Positions 11,190 through 21,239 of a stretch of DNA of 64,000 nt are shown piece after piece. The notes under the pieces are model-generated. The model had not been told where the DNA came from and made no database searches. It saw nothing but the letters and a program-made list of their open reading frames with translations. Source of the stretch: a virus. Both the position numbers and the translations under genes were made by a program. The number at the start of each line of letters is the position of its first letter. Position 1 is the stretch's first letter. Location of the stretch: IMG/VR virus record IMGVR_UViG_3300044796_000159; one strand, written 5' to 3'.

Positions 11190-11709
11190 TTATTTATTCT
11201 CTTCCCCTTCTGGTAAATGGTCCAGAACTTGAAAATTACTTTTTCTGCTGACGATGCATGTAGCTTTAATCATAACTTTTTCATCAATTAAGCCATAAGT
11301 TTCTTGTGGTTGAGTTAATGATTGGATTTCGTACATGATGTTTGAATATTTAATAAAGTCTCCGCTCACGTGGCGTTATGTTTCTTTGATACAATTCATC
11401 TAAATGGAAATATATCTCCATAGAATAGACTGTATCCATTGTAAATTTAGTTGTTGACTGCTTAGGAGCATTATATAACACTCTAGCATTTAGCTCTACA
11501 GGTTGAAAAGAAGTTTTTCTAATACTTTCGTTATATAAGTTATCCGACTGAGTATGCTCTTCAGAAATAGAATAGTAGTATATCGTTTGGTCAACGATAA
11601 ACTGTATAAGCTCTTTGTTAATCGTGTTAAAGAAATGAAGCTCTTTATCACTTAAAAATAGATTTCTTTTGTTCGCCATTAATATAAATATGAATTCTGA
11701 AGATAGCAA
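11190..11709 (-). CDS. Neck/head-closure-like protein, +1 shift at CGG 11362-11364
   Basis: ...ELYQRNITPRE|GDFIKYSNIMYEIQSLTQPQETYGLIDEKVMIKATCIVSRKSNFQVLDHLPEGEENK*; 520 nt minus 1 = 173 codons. Confidence 0.65.
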
Positions 11710-11734
11710 TTCAATTTATATTAAAAATGTTAAC

Positions 11735-12286
11735 TTATTTAAGAAAAAACATATGTGGGTCATCCGTTCCCCACAGCCAAATACTATCTACAACCCATTC
11801 ACCTTGCGGATTAACGTCTTTATACAATTCTAATTGTTTTTTATCTTCACAATAGGCAATAGTCATATGAGGTTTGAATTCTGGAAACTTATTATCAAAC
11901 GGTATTTGAGCCAAATGAAACTTGGCTTTAATTATTTCGTGGAGTGCTTTAAGCTTTTTTGATTTTATTGGCGAATGTAATACTATCTTATCATTCTTAA
12001 AGGTTCTAGGAGAGCCTAATGCGACCGTGAAGCGCTTTGTATTGTCGCAGATATCTTCCAGTACCTCTTTCATTCTAGGCTCAAATGCGGCCGGTAGAGA
12101 GCCTATATAAAGTAAGGTTATATGAGCAGGGGAACTATCTTCTCCAGCTCTTCCTTCTTTAGGAAATTGATTGGCAATGTAATCGGGAGCTATAATAAAT
12201 AAACCGACATGTTGACCGTCTAGTTTTTCGTTTTTATTTTTATGCCAATATAATACGTTATAAAGTTTTTTTAAATCTAAATCCAC
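11735..12286 (-). CDS. 2H phosphoesterase superfamily protein (LigT-like)
   Basis: Two HxT motifs: PAHITLLYIGSL and PHMTIAYC. Confidence 0.75.
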   Translation of the reverse strand: MDLDLKKLYNVLYWHKNKNEKLDGQHVGLFIIAPDYIANQFPKEGRAGEDSSPAHITLLYIGSLPAAFEPRMKEVLEDICDNTKRFTVALGSPRTFKNDKIVLHSPIKSKKLKALHEIIKAKFHLAQIPFDNKFPEFKPHMTIAYCEDKKQLELYKDVNPQGEWVVDSIWLWGTDDPHMFFLK

Positions 12287-12297
12287 AATTAATTTAA

Positions 12298-13462
12298 TTA
12301 ACCGATGAAGATACCCATGCCAACACCCATCAATATTCTTGTAAGGTTTTGAGCTTCGTCCGCTTGCTTTTGAATTAAAGTTTGATATGTCATACTATCA
12401 AGCCATTCTTTAAGCTCTTGGCGAAGGTTATCTTGTTCCATTAATCCTTCTTGAAGTAATTGAGGTCCATTTAATGTAAGATTACCATTTGGAATTGGTA
12501 CCTCTGAAACTTTACTTCTAATTTGTCCTAGCGTTTCTTTGGCAAATGCTATTGCCATTTTCTTTACCCATTGCTGTCCAATGGAATTGATGCCTGAAAA
12601 ACTGATATTACCGAAAAGGAACATTAGATAAATTTGAGACACCAGTTGTAAACGGGTCTGTTTCGTCATATCCATCACTAGCACCAATCAAGTAATAAGT
12701 GAAGAATAAAGGAAATCCATCGCAAGCTGGCGTTGGATAAACTGACAAAATATTACCTACCAATCCATAAGAATAATTTGAACGTCTTACTTTTTGATTT
12801 ACTTCAAGTTGTTGCGCGCGAAGCATGTCTTCCCATACAGGTAGCATGTAGAAAATAGTTTCTGGTGTAAAGCTTTCAAATTGAAATTGATTATTCAAAT
12901 AGTTAATAGCTGAAGTAGTGTCGAAAAATCTATAAGCAGCTACAGGGTCGAAATGGAATATATCTCTAATTTCTGCCTTTTGTCCGTCTGGTATAATGCC
13001 AGAAGTACTTAATATAGTTTTAAGGTCGTAATACTGTTGTCCTTGATTCAAGGTAATAGAAGCAGAATAAAGAGTTCTACTACCACCCGCCTGAGCTTCT
13101 GAAGAATAACCATCTGCAACTCTTTTTGCAAGACCTAAATCCATTCTTGGATTTTGATTTTGGCTTCCACTCAAAGAGCCCGTATTAAAACCTATAACGT
13201 TCGCAAGAACGCTTTTTGCTTGATAAGTATTAACAATAGCTGAATATTCTAAAGTAGCTTGTTCTAAGCCGGCGTAAACGTCTTTATTGGTTAATTCGAT
13301 TTGAAGAATATCACCACCTAAGCGTCTATAAACTTGACGAACCAATCCATCAGCGGTAAATTGAAAATTCGTATCCGCATCATAAGTGCCGAAAGGAGTA
13401 GGCTGAAGTACATCCTTAAACGCAGCCGTTAAATCAAGTGTTATATTGTTATAATCTGACAT
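12298..13462 (-). CDS. Neck protein, +1 shift at CGG 12611-12613
   Basis: ...TGVSNLSNVPF|GNISFSGINSIGQQWVKKMAIAFAKETLGQIRSKVS...LTRILMGVGMGIFIG*; 1165 nt minus 1 = 388 codons. CGG is immediately followed by TAA in frame 0. Confidence 0.75.
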
Positions 13463-13465
13463 TTA

Positions 13466-14380
13466 TTAATCTTCGTTTGCTTTATCTATCTCTTTGTTAA
13501 TCTCGGCGGCGCTCATTGGTCTGTCTTTATATACTTTAATTCCTGCACGAGGACTCAACGTATATGTCTTTCCATTGTGAACGCCGAAATATCTACCTTG
13601 GTCATCTTTCTTAACTATTTTAACGTCTTCGAAAGTTCCCCAATCAGCTTTATCGCCCGCTTTCCATTTTGGTAAATTCTTTTTAAATATATCTTTACCG
13701 TGTCTTTGTTGAGACATTCTATTAAGTGGACCTTCATCATCTGCATCTGTTGGTTTTTCACCTAAATCATCTTCATAAGATTTCCAAGAAGGTGGAAGTT
13801 TATTTTCTGGTCCACTAGCCGCAAATGGAATTGGTTCATCATCTGGTCTTGGTGGTTTTTCTTTTTGTTTGCCTTTGCCCAAAAATCCTTTAGCAATATC
13901 TTTCAATGACATCTTCTTTTCTTTGTCTTTATTTGGTGGGTCTTTAAAATCTGGATTACCAAAAGGATTATCATAATCATTGTCATCGCTATCGCCACCA
14001 CTATTCATGTTTGGTTTATTGTCAAACTTTGGCAAGTCTCTTAATGAATCATCGCCTTGGTCAGCAGCTTGCGCCAATGAATCTAAAGAAGCAACATTAG
14101 GATTAGACTGAACTGGACCAGTATTAACGGTGTTAATTCCTGGTGATTGAGATTGAACAGCCATTGGAGGTGGCGGTCTTTTGCCAATGCCGGTTGTAAA
14201 TGGTTCGTGTTCACCTGGCTTCTTACCTGTTTTAGGAGTTGGAACGCCTTGTTGAGGTTGAAGCATTGGATGATTTGCAGAAACTTTAGGTTTACTTAAT
14301 AAATTAGGAAAATCATTCTTAGAGAATTTTTCTTTTTTTTTATCCGCTTCTGCTTCTAATAAAACTTGTTTTAATGATAT
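13466..14380 (-). CDS. Hypothetical protein, Pro/Gly-rich with C-terminal KOW/SH3-like sequence
   Basis: Likely start MISLKQVLLEAEADKKKEKF within track ORF 13466..14461; C-term WGTFEDVKIVKKDDQGRYFGVHNGKTYTLSP. Confidence 0.55.
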   Translation of the reverse strand: MSLKQVLLEAEADKKKEKFSKNDFPNLLSKPKVSANHPMLQPQQGVPTPKTGKKPGEHEPFTTGIGKRPPPPMAVQSQSPGINTVNTGPVQSNPNVASLDSLAQAADQGDDSLRDLPKFDNKPNMNSGGDSDDNDYDNPFGNPDFKDPPNKDKEKKMSLKDIAKGFLGKGKQKEKPPRPDDEPIPFAASGPENKLPPSWKSYEDDLGEKPTDADDEGPLNRMSQQRHGKDIFKKNLPKWKAGDKADWGTFEDVKIVKKDDQGRYFGVHNGKTYTLSPRAGIKVYKDRPMSAAEINKEIDKANED

Positions 14381-14384
14381 CATG

Positions 14385-14588
14385 TTATTTATCTTCTTGA
14401 TTACCAGTATTAATCGCGACATCGTCGCTATATGACTCTTCATCATCTTCGGCAGGTTCATGCTCTCTTTTCTTTTTGTAAATATTCATCAAAGAAAGAA
14501 TTTCTCTATCGGAGATTGCTTTTGCGTGAGTATCGTGTAATTGGTCATGTTCTAAAAACATTAAAAGGGCGTCTTTGAGTTTTATCAT
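14385..14588 (-). CDS. Hypothetical small protein
   Basis: 67 aa ORF in operon order. Confidence 0.4.
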   Translation of the reverse strand: MIKLKDALLMFLEHDQLHDTHAKAISDREILSLMNIYKKKREHEPAEDDEESYSDDVAINTGNQEDK

Positions 14589-14683
14589 ACTATAAATACT
14601 AAATTTTAAAGGAAAGGGGAAATAAAAAAAAGAGGCTCACTAAAGAACCTCTTTTCAAATCTTTTATTGATTTATTTGTCTAC

Positions 14684-15304
14684 TTAGTATTCGACATCCA
14701 TGAAAATAAGCCATGATGCAGAAGTAGGTACAGTAGTTGCAAATCCGGCTGAAGCCGTTAATTGAACTTGAAGATATGATGCACCAGGAAATGCATACAT
14801 ATATTGAGGAAACGTAACAACGTTCATTGAACTGCCAGAAGCTACAGCAATTTTACAAAGTGAACCATCAGTACCAATTAATGGATTACCATTTAACAAT
14901 ATAGTAGCGGTTAGAGGAACGCCACCTACTGGTGAACCGAACGAACCTGAAGTTACTATACCGTCTTCGGAAACTAAACAAAGACCTACAACAGAGCCGG
15001 TATTTCTAACTGGAGTTTTAGTCCAATTGAATTGGAAGCCATTACTCGCACCACCACTGATTTGCATCATTGTTGCACTCATAAGCGGAGTTGAATTCGC
15101 TTGAGTTCTAATCGAAATATATTCATAATTTTTTTGCATTCCACCAGCAACTGCAACAATATCTTGTTTACAAACCAAAGTATTTGCTACAGCGGTAGAG
15201 CCAGCAGTAACACTTACTTGCGCTTGGCCACCTGCACCGAGTTCAATACTGCCATGACTTCCTCTAACGAATAATGAACTGTCGCCATTTGTATCTACTG
15301 ACAT
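14684..15304 (-). CDS. Hypothetical virion/accessory protein
   Basis: 206 aa beta-rich ORF next to the major capsid gene. Confidence 0.5.
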   Translation of the reverse strand: MSVDTNGDSSLFVRGSHGSIELGAGGQAQVSVTAGSTAVANTLVCKQDIVAVAGGMQKNYEYISIRTQANSTPLMSATMMQISGGASNGFQFNWTKTPVRNTGSVVGLCLVSEDGIVTSGSFGSPVGGVPLTATILLNGNPLIGTDGSLCKIAVASGSSMNVVTFPQYMYAFPGASYLQVQLTASAGFATTVPTSASWLIFMDVEY

Positions 15305-15473
15305 ATTTTTAAATCTCCTGATTTTCGTCTTTTAGAAAATCAATTTTAACACATATAAATATGCAAAAGATTCATTAAAAATCTTTTTTTATAAATTTTA
15401 CACTAGTAGGCAAAAAAAATGGCTCCTTTCGGAGCCACTTCAAAACCTTTTATTGGTTAATTATTTCTACTGA

Positions 15474-17117
15474 TTAGATGATATCCATGTTGATAACTAC
15501 GACTTTACCGTAGAAATCAGAACGGGTCATTTTCTTACCGTAGCGAGTCATTACACCCTTGGTTGGCGTAAAGTCGGTTGGATTGAAAATGGTTGGAGTA
15601 ACAATCAATGGAACGTATGGCGCGTAAACGAAGCCAGTTTCCAAGAAGCTAGAACCCTTGTAACCAATCAAAATCATGTTACGAATAAAATATGGGTCTT
15701 TGTAAACAACGAATCTGTTATTCAAAGTACCAACTTTTTCGACACCCATTGAGAATTGAGTTTCTTTAGGGTCAAGTGAAAGTGATGGCTTGTAAAGAAC
15801 GGAAGCTTCCAAGATGGTTGAAACGTCTGGTGAAACAACCATGAAGTTAGCAGCACCACGCAACGTTTTGCGATGAATGGTATTTGCAACGTCAATACAG
15901 GTTTCGATAAGAGTTTCATACCACTCACGGACGGTACCAGTGAATGAACCGGATGCTGAAGCACCAGTCAACTTATGAACGAAATCACCTGGCTTGCGTG
16001 ACCAGTACATTGTTGCACCAGTTCCACCAACCAACAGTTGATTCAGAATTTCGCGGTCGATATCGAGAGCGATTTGTTCTGACAGAATTTGAGTTAATTC
16101 AACTTCTGCGTCCAAGTTATGATAAGCGTTCAAGTCTTGTGCTAATTCTGGAGTCCACTTTGCTTTGAGCTTGCGAACGTCGGCAGTAACAGCGACTGAG
16201 CTTACTTTAATATTTACTTCTGGGATAATATCCGCTGAGAAGTCTGATTCAAATACTGGACTATAAACGACGCCGCTTGAGTCAACAGTCAAACCAGAGG
16301 TCGCTACATAAGAACCAGTAACGCCGTTACCAACGGTACCTGAACCAAACACTGAAGACGAGAAGAAAAATCTTGCTACGCCAGTGGTTGCATTGTATTG
16401 TGTATGACGTTTATACAAAGCCTTCATATTAGAGAAGAAGGTATCGGTGCCTGAGATGGCAAAATTCTTATAGTTGGTCGCATCGACAGTAGCCAATGGA
16501 ACAAGTGAAGAAGTCATCGCAACGTCAACATAAAAAATTGAGCTAGCAGCAATTGAAGCTGAAAGTTCGAAGTCATAATTGACATCAGACCATGCGGCCA
16601 AACCATTTGATGGTCCGATTAAGGTGCTGACAGTTTGCTCACGATTTGAATAAGAACTATTCAAATAATAAGAACCACCCGTACCTAAGTTTTCTGAACC
16701 AGGAGATGTTTGGTCTCCATAGACTGAACCACCAGTTGACCAGTCAAGATTTTGGTCGCCGGCTTTCTTAGTTCCAAATGTATAATCGAGATAAAAGAGC
16801 AGACCTGAAGGTAAGCTCATTGGTTGCACTGAAACGAGTTCGTTTGCAATCAATCCACCGAATACTCTACGAACGATTGGGAATGCAATATTTTGGAAAC
16901 CCTTGATATTCGCATCGCTTGAAGATTCTTTCAAAACTTCAGCCGCTTGGTTTTCCAAAAGACGAGCCATGTTGCTCTTCGCTGGGGCGCGTCTTTCATC
17001 TTTAAGACCAGCCAAAAGACCAGTCTTTTCCCACTTAGTAACTACTTTCTTTGATTCTGCTTTGAGATTTCTATCTGTAATCCCTTCAGTTAAATTTGAT
17101 AAATCATAATCTGACAT
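15474..17117 (-). CDS. Major capsid protein (T4 gp23-like)
   Basis: MARLLENQAAEVLKE...GFQNIAFPIVRRVFGGLIANELVSVQPMSLPSGLLFYLDYTFG; C-term LTRYGKKMTRSDFYGKVVVINMDII. Confidence 0.93.
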   Translation of the reverse strand: MSDYDLSNLTEGITDRNLKAESKKVVTKWEKTGLLAGLKDERRAPAKSNMARLLENQAAEVLKESSSDANIKGFQNIAFPIVRRVFGGLIANELVSVQPMSLPSGLLFYLDYTFGTKKAGDQNLDWSTGGSVYGDQTSPGSENLGTGGSYYLNSSYSNREQTVSTLIGPSNGLAAWSDVNYDFELSASIAASSIFYVDVAMTSSLVPLATVDATNYKNFAISGTDTFFSNMKALYKRHTQYNATTGVARFFFSSSVFGSGTVGNGVTGSYVATSGLTVDSSGVVYSPVFESDFSADIIPEVNIKVSSVAVTADVRKLKAKWTPELAQDLNAYHNLDAEVELTQILSEQIALDIDREILNQLLVGGTGATMYWSRKPGDFVHKLTGASASGSFTGTVREWYETLIETCIDVANTIHRKTLRGAANFMVVSPDVSTILEASVLYKPSLSLDPKETQFSMGVEKVGTLNNRFVVYKDPYFIRNMILIGYKGSSFLETGFVYAPYVPLIVTPTIFNPTDFTPTKGVMTRYGKKMTRSDFYGKVVVINMDII

Positions 17118-17149
17118 TTTAATTGTCTCCTGTTTTTCCTGTTTTAAAA

Positions 17150-18316
17150 TTACTCTAAAATACCTGCGAGTTCTTGCATGCGGGCAGCAAAATTGTCTTT
17201 ACCTTCTGTAACTGCCTTTTCTTCTTTCATAACAGACTCTTTCAAGACCGTTGAAGATGGAGTTGACAAACGGCTTGACTTAGCCTTGCTTGCTCTTTCT
17301 TGCTTTGACTCACTAACTACTCCAGCGATTCTAAAGGATTCACTAAGAGATTTATATACAAGCTCAACTTCACGCATAGTTTGCGCGCGGTCAAAAGCCT
17401 CGATTATACCAAGGCGTTGCTTGTTGTTAAGTTCTGTGTTGCTAAATACCTTATGGGTGAAAAGGAGCTTGCTATTAAAAAGATTAACTTCTTGCAATTT
17501 GCTCTTCAAGACGCCATAAGCTTTCTTGTAATCTGTGTTTTCTTTGATGAGGGCCGCTTTTTGCTCTTGGAGGGCCTTAATGGCTTGTTTGGCTTCTTTG
17601 ACAGTCCAATCTTTAGCCGCTGGTACTTCCTCATCTTTCCAATGATGTTCGCCTTTCTTTTCGTCAGCGAGACCGCGTGCGCCGTCATTAACGCGAGTTG
17701 AGCCACCATCGGCAAAACCTTTGCTAACTGACGCTTCTCTGAGAGAACCCAAAACTTCCGAAAGAGCAGCTTTGAGGTCTTCATTGGTAATTTCTACCAT
17801 TTCATCTAACTTATCTTCTTTCTTCTCGTCTTCTTCTTTAATTTGGTCATGGGCTTCTTTCATTTTGTCATCCTCTTCCTCATCTTCGTGAGATAATTCG
17901 TCTTCTTCTTCTTCGTCTTCATGGTCGCGTTCTAACTCTTCTTCTTCGTGGTCGTGGGCACGCTCCAAATCCTCAACCCCTTCATGTTCATGTTCTTGGC
18001 CGTGCTCGTGTTCATGTTCGTCACCGAAACCTAAACCGCTAAGCAAACCTAATTTTTGCAGTAATTCTAAATCTTGAAGTTCATCGCCGTGCTCTTCATG
18101 CATTCCGTCTTCGCCTGAAGGAGCCATTCCACCAACGTGTTCTGGTTCTTTTGCGTCTTCATCTGGAAACATTCCGCTTTCGCCGAGTTGAGATTCGACA
18201 AACTCTCTAATTTTTGGACTCATGGCCTCTACGAGAACATTTTTGGCATTCTCAAGAGCGCTCTCTTTAAGTGTTTTGGCATCTTCGAGGGCTTCTTCTA
18301 ACAGTGTCTTTGCCAT
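17150..18316 (-). CDS. Prohead scaffold core protein (gp22-like), highly acidic with Glu/His repeats
   Basis: Immediately upstream of the major capsid gene; acidic helical; HEHEHGQEHEHEG...; C-term DNFAARMQELAGILE. Confidence 0.7.
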   Translation of the reverse strand: MAKTLLEEALEDAKTLKESALENAKNVLVEAMSPKIREFVESQLGESGMFPDEDAKEPEHVGGMAPSGEDGMHEEHGDELQDLELLQKLGLLSGLGFGDEHEHEHGQEHEHEGVEDLERAHDHEEEELERDHEDEEEEDELSHEDEEEDDKMKEAHDQIKEEDEKKEDKLDEMVEITNEDLKAALSEVLGSLREASVSKGFADGGSTRVNDGARGLADEKKGEHHWKDEEVPAAKDWTVKEAKQAIKALQEQKAALIKENTDYKKAYGVLKSKLQEVNLFNSKLLFTHKVFSNTELNNKQRLGIIEAFDRAQTMREVELVYKSLSESFRIAGVVSESKQERASKAKSSRLSTPSSTVLKESVMKEEKAVTEGKDNFAARMQELAGILE

Positions 18317-18382
18317 TTAATTATCTCCTAAACAATACAATTTGATATAAATATAACTACTAAAATTGAAAAAGAAAAATTA

Positions 18383-18577
18383 TTATTGATATTTCTCTCT
18401 TAAAAATTTATTTTTTAATCTTTTTTGTCTTTTCTTTTGTGACTTGGTCATAAAAAATGATGTCTTCTCAACGTGTTCTTTTATGATATCTTCTTTTTTA
18501 CAACGCTTTAAAAAACTTTTGATAAGTCTTTCTTGACTTTCGCCTGGTTTTAGCTTAACTTGAAAATTATAACCCAT
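18383..18577 (-). CDS. Hypothetical basic protein
   Basis: 64 aa, start overlaps stop of 18577..18794. Confidence 0.45.
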   Translation of the reverse strand: MGYNFQVKLKPGESQERLIKSFLKRCKKEDIIKEHVEKTSFFMTKSQKKRQKRLKNKFLREKYQ

Positions 18578-18794
18578 TACACTATCCTTTTGTGTTTTTT
18601 AAATTTAAACTTCTTCTTATTAATTATTTCGGTTTGTATGTCATCTGCCGTTTTTTCGTTATCATCGGCAAACAAAATATCTTTGAGGGCTGCAATCTTT
18701 GGGTCTAAATCGCCTACTTTGGCAAACGGCTTTTGTCCGAGACAACTGTCCAAGACCTAAAGCACCGTTCTAAAACTTTTTTAAGTTTTATCAC
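18577..18794 (-). CDS. Small protein, +1 shifts at CGG 18765-18767 and 18737-18739
   Basis: GTG start: MIKLKKVLE|GALGLGQLS|GQKPFAKVGDLDPKIAALKDILFADDNEKTADDIQTEIINKKKFKFKKHKRIV*; 218 nt minus 2 = 72 codons. Tight junctions with both neighbours. Confidence 0.65.
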
Positions 18795-19589
18795 TTACTT
18801 CTTTTTGCCAAAATGCTTTTCGGCGGTAGCGTATAATACTTTGGCCCAATCTTTACCGTACTTGTCTTTGAATGGTTGTTTGGCCTTATCTAAAAATTCT
18901 TTAGCTTTATTGCCAGCGGGAGCAGCTTCTTTAACTGAATCTTCACCTAATTTTGCGCTCCAACCACCTGGTTGCTCTTTAAACTTCCAACCTTCACCGC
19001 CCATTTTTTCTTTATGCGCAGCAGCTACATTTTTAATAGCAGCTTGTTTTCCTTGTTTTAATTTATCTTGATAATCCGCGTCCGCTTTATGAACGTCTGG
19101 ACCTTTATCACCTGACGGGAGGACTAATGTCTTATTTGGGTCGTGGTCTTCATCTTCTTTTTTAACCGCTGGTTTATATGGAATCTTAAATTTATTAACA
19201 AACTTTTCACCTGGTTGGACTAAGGGCTTAGAATGGTCTTCTGGTTTGGCCTCTTCATCAAATAAACTATCTTCACGACCGTCATTATGACGATTTACGC
19301 GGTCAACACTTTCCTTTGGCTTGTCGCCAAAAGCTTGTTGTAAAGACATTTTCTTATTTACGTTGGCTGGCTGCATTCCAGACTTATCTCTTGTATGCAA
19401 AGAAGCGCCAGAAGCTCTAACAGTAGATTGTGGGTCTCTTGGAGCTGATGGACCTGCGGCGGCCTCATCAAACAAACTATCTTCGCGGCCATCTTCATGA
19501 CGCTTAACGCGGTCTACGCTCTCAAGTGCTTCTTCAGCAACTTCTCTAATTGTTTTTCTTAAGTCTTTTAATTTTACTTTAATAGTCAT
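18795..19589 (-). CDS. Prohead/core-region hypothetical protein
   Basis: 264 aa ORF MTIKVKLKDLRKTIREVAEEALESVDRVKRH...KAKEFLDKAKQPFKDKYGKDWAKVLYATAEKHFGKKK. Confidence 0.6.
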   Translation of the reverse strand: MTIKVKLKDLRKTIREVAEEALESVDRVKRHEDGREDSLFDEAAAGPSAPRDPQSTVRASGASLHTRDKSGMQPANVNKKMSLQQAFGDKPKESVDRVNRHNDGREDSLFDEEAKPEDHSKPLVQPGEKFVNKFKIPYKPAVKKEDEDHDPNKTLVLPSGDKGPDVHKADADYQDKLKQGKQAAIKNVAAAHKEKMGGEGWKFKEQPGGWSAKLGEDSVKEAAPAGNKAKEFLDKAKQPFKDKYGKDWAKVLYATAEKHFGKKK

Positions 19590-19669
19590 TGTATTGTCTC
19601 CGCTTTTTCTAATATATAAATATCAATTAACTTTCTTATAAGATAATATTGATTTAACTTATTGTAAAC

Positions 19670-19958
19670 CTATTTTAAAAAATGTTCAATAATACCCAAA
19701 ACTGCGGCGCCGCGCGATTGCGCTGAGCGTGCTCCATAAAATACTTAATTTTGTATTACTTTTGGCATCACTAATAGCATTAGTTTCAAATCTTGACATT
19801 AAAGCTTTAACATCTTCTGCCATATGAGGTATTAATCCATTTTGTTTATCTAAGCGACTCTTAATATCAAATACCATTTCGTGAGTTTCTTTTGCGATTT
19901 CTTCAACTGCATCTAATCTACTTTCTAGAACTGCTACTTTTATATTAACATCTGGCAT
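19670..19958 (-). CDS. Small coiled-coil membrane protein (XhlA-like topology), +1 shift at CGG 19710-19712
   Basis: ...MSRFETNAISDAKSNTKLSILWSTLSAIA|GAAVLGIIEHFLK*; the shift completes a C-terminal transmembrane helix; frame 0 gives ARRRSFGYY*. 289 nt minus 1 = 96 codons. Confidence 0.7.
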
Positions 19959-19959
19959 A

Positions 19960-20832
19960 TTATCTACCTCTCGAACCTAATTTTGTTTGAATTGAACTGC
20001 CGCCAAAATAGGTCAATAAACCCTTAAGAAGACCACCTTCATGGTCCTGAAAAGGCTTTGTAGCTGGCGAATCACTATCATCTATTTCTTTGTTTTCGCC
20101 AACTTTTGTCATTGGAAATCTTTCATCTGGAGCTTTTGGGTCCGTTCCTGGGCCGGGCATGTCATATTCTTTGCCCGCTGGACTTCTAGAAAGTCCTTGA
20201 ACGCCTTGCGTATTAACGCTAGAACCAAAAGATGACATATCACCATCTGAATGTGGTTCCATTTTTTGAAAAGTACCAAGTCCAGATACGCCTGGTTGGC
20301 CTTTTGCTATTCTGTCGCCTGGTTTTTCTTCCGCTGGGTCGTAGCCATTCATTAATGGCATTCCTCTTCTGGATTTACCGGAGTCTTTTGGGTCCATGAT
20401 TTGCTTTGTCATTGGGTCATATGGCCAATCATTGTCTCTTTTTCCAAGTTCTAATGGATTAGGAGGGAATTCCCAATTGTTAAAGGTATGGTCAGGACGA
20501 GTATTTTGATAATCTTCGTCAATTTTTTTAGATTCTTTCTTTTCGTAGCCTTTAATATCTTCCCAATATTCTTGGTAAGGATTATCTTCTACAGAAATAC
20601 TATCTTTAGTCTCATTTCCATGTTGAACTGGGTAGCCTTTATTGGATTCTATACCACTGCCAGACCATTCTAACAGACCGTCAACTATTTTAGCTGCAAC
20701 AATTGGATGCACTTCTAATTTTTTAGCAAAAATATCCAAAAGGTCTCTTGGGTGGAGACGCTTAACAAGTCCCATGATAACTTTGTTTTTTACAAATTCA
20801 TCAATACATTGTTCGAAAATGCTTTTAGCCAT
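19960..20832 (-). CDS. Hypothetical protein in head module
   Basis: 290 aa intact ORF. Confidence 0.55.
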   Translation of the reverse strand: MAKSIFEQCIDEFVKNKVIMGLVKRLHPRDLLDIFAKKLEVHPIVAAKIVDGLLEWSGSGIESNKGYPVQHGNETKDSISVEDNPYQEYWEDIKGYEKKESKKIDEDYQNTRPDHTFNNWEFPPNPLELGKRDNDWPYDPMTKQIMDPKDSGKSRRGMPLMNGYDPAEEKPGDRIAKGQPGVSGLGTFQKMEPHSDGDMSSFGSSVNTQGVQGLSRSPAGKEYDMPGPGTDPKAPDERFPMTKVGENKEIDDSDSPATKPFQDHEGGLLKGLLTYFGGSSIQTKLGSRGR

Positions 20833-21239
20833 TAATAATTTCCGTCTCTTTCCATTTCTTGCTTAATGAAATTAACTACACCATCAAAATTTTCTTGTGG
20901 GCTCAAAGTAATCTCAAATGCGCCCATATCTTTTTGTTCTATTTGTGAAACTTTGAAATTTTGTTTAATCATATTAACCATTGTCCTAACTTTGTTAGGT
21001 AATGATTCATGGCTTTGTGGTGAAAATAGTAATTTTTTATCTGCACCAAATAAAGAAACAACGAAATTAGAATTGGGAAACTCTAACAATTGGTCGTTAT
21101 TGTTTTCCATTGAATTTTGTAAATTAGGGTCAGAATTTGTATTATTATTGGCAGTATTAGGATTGAAATTAGCGCTAACATTTAAGTCGTCACCCATTTC
21201 ATTCAATAATGATTTGAAAATTTCGCTTAATGCTTTCAT
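20832..21239 (-). CDS. Hypothetical protein
   Basis: 135 aa intact ORF. Confidence 0.5.
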   Translation of the reverse strand: MKALSEIFKSLLNEMGDDLNVSANFNPNTANNNTNSDPNLQNSMENNNDQLLEFPNSNFVVSLFGADKKLLFSPQSHESLPNKVRTMVNMIKQNFKVSQIEQKDMGAFEITLSPQENFDGVVNFIKQEMERDGNY

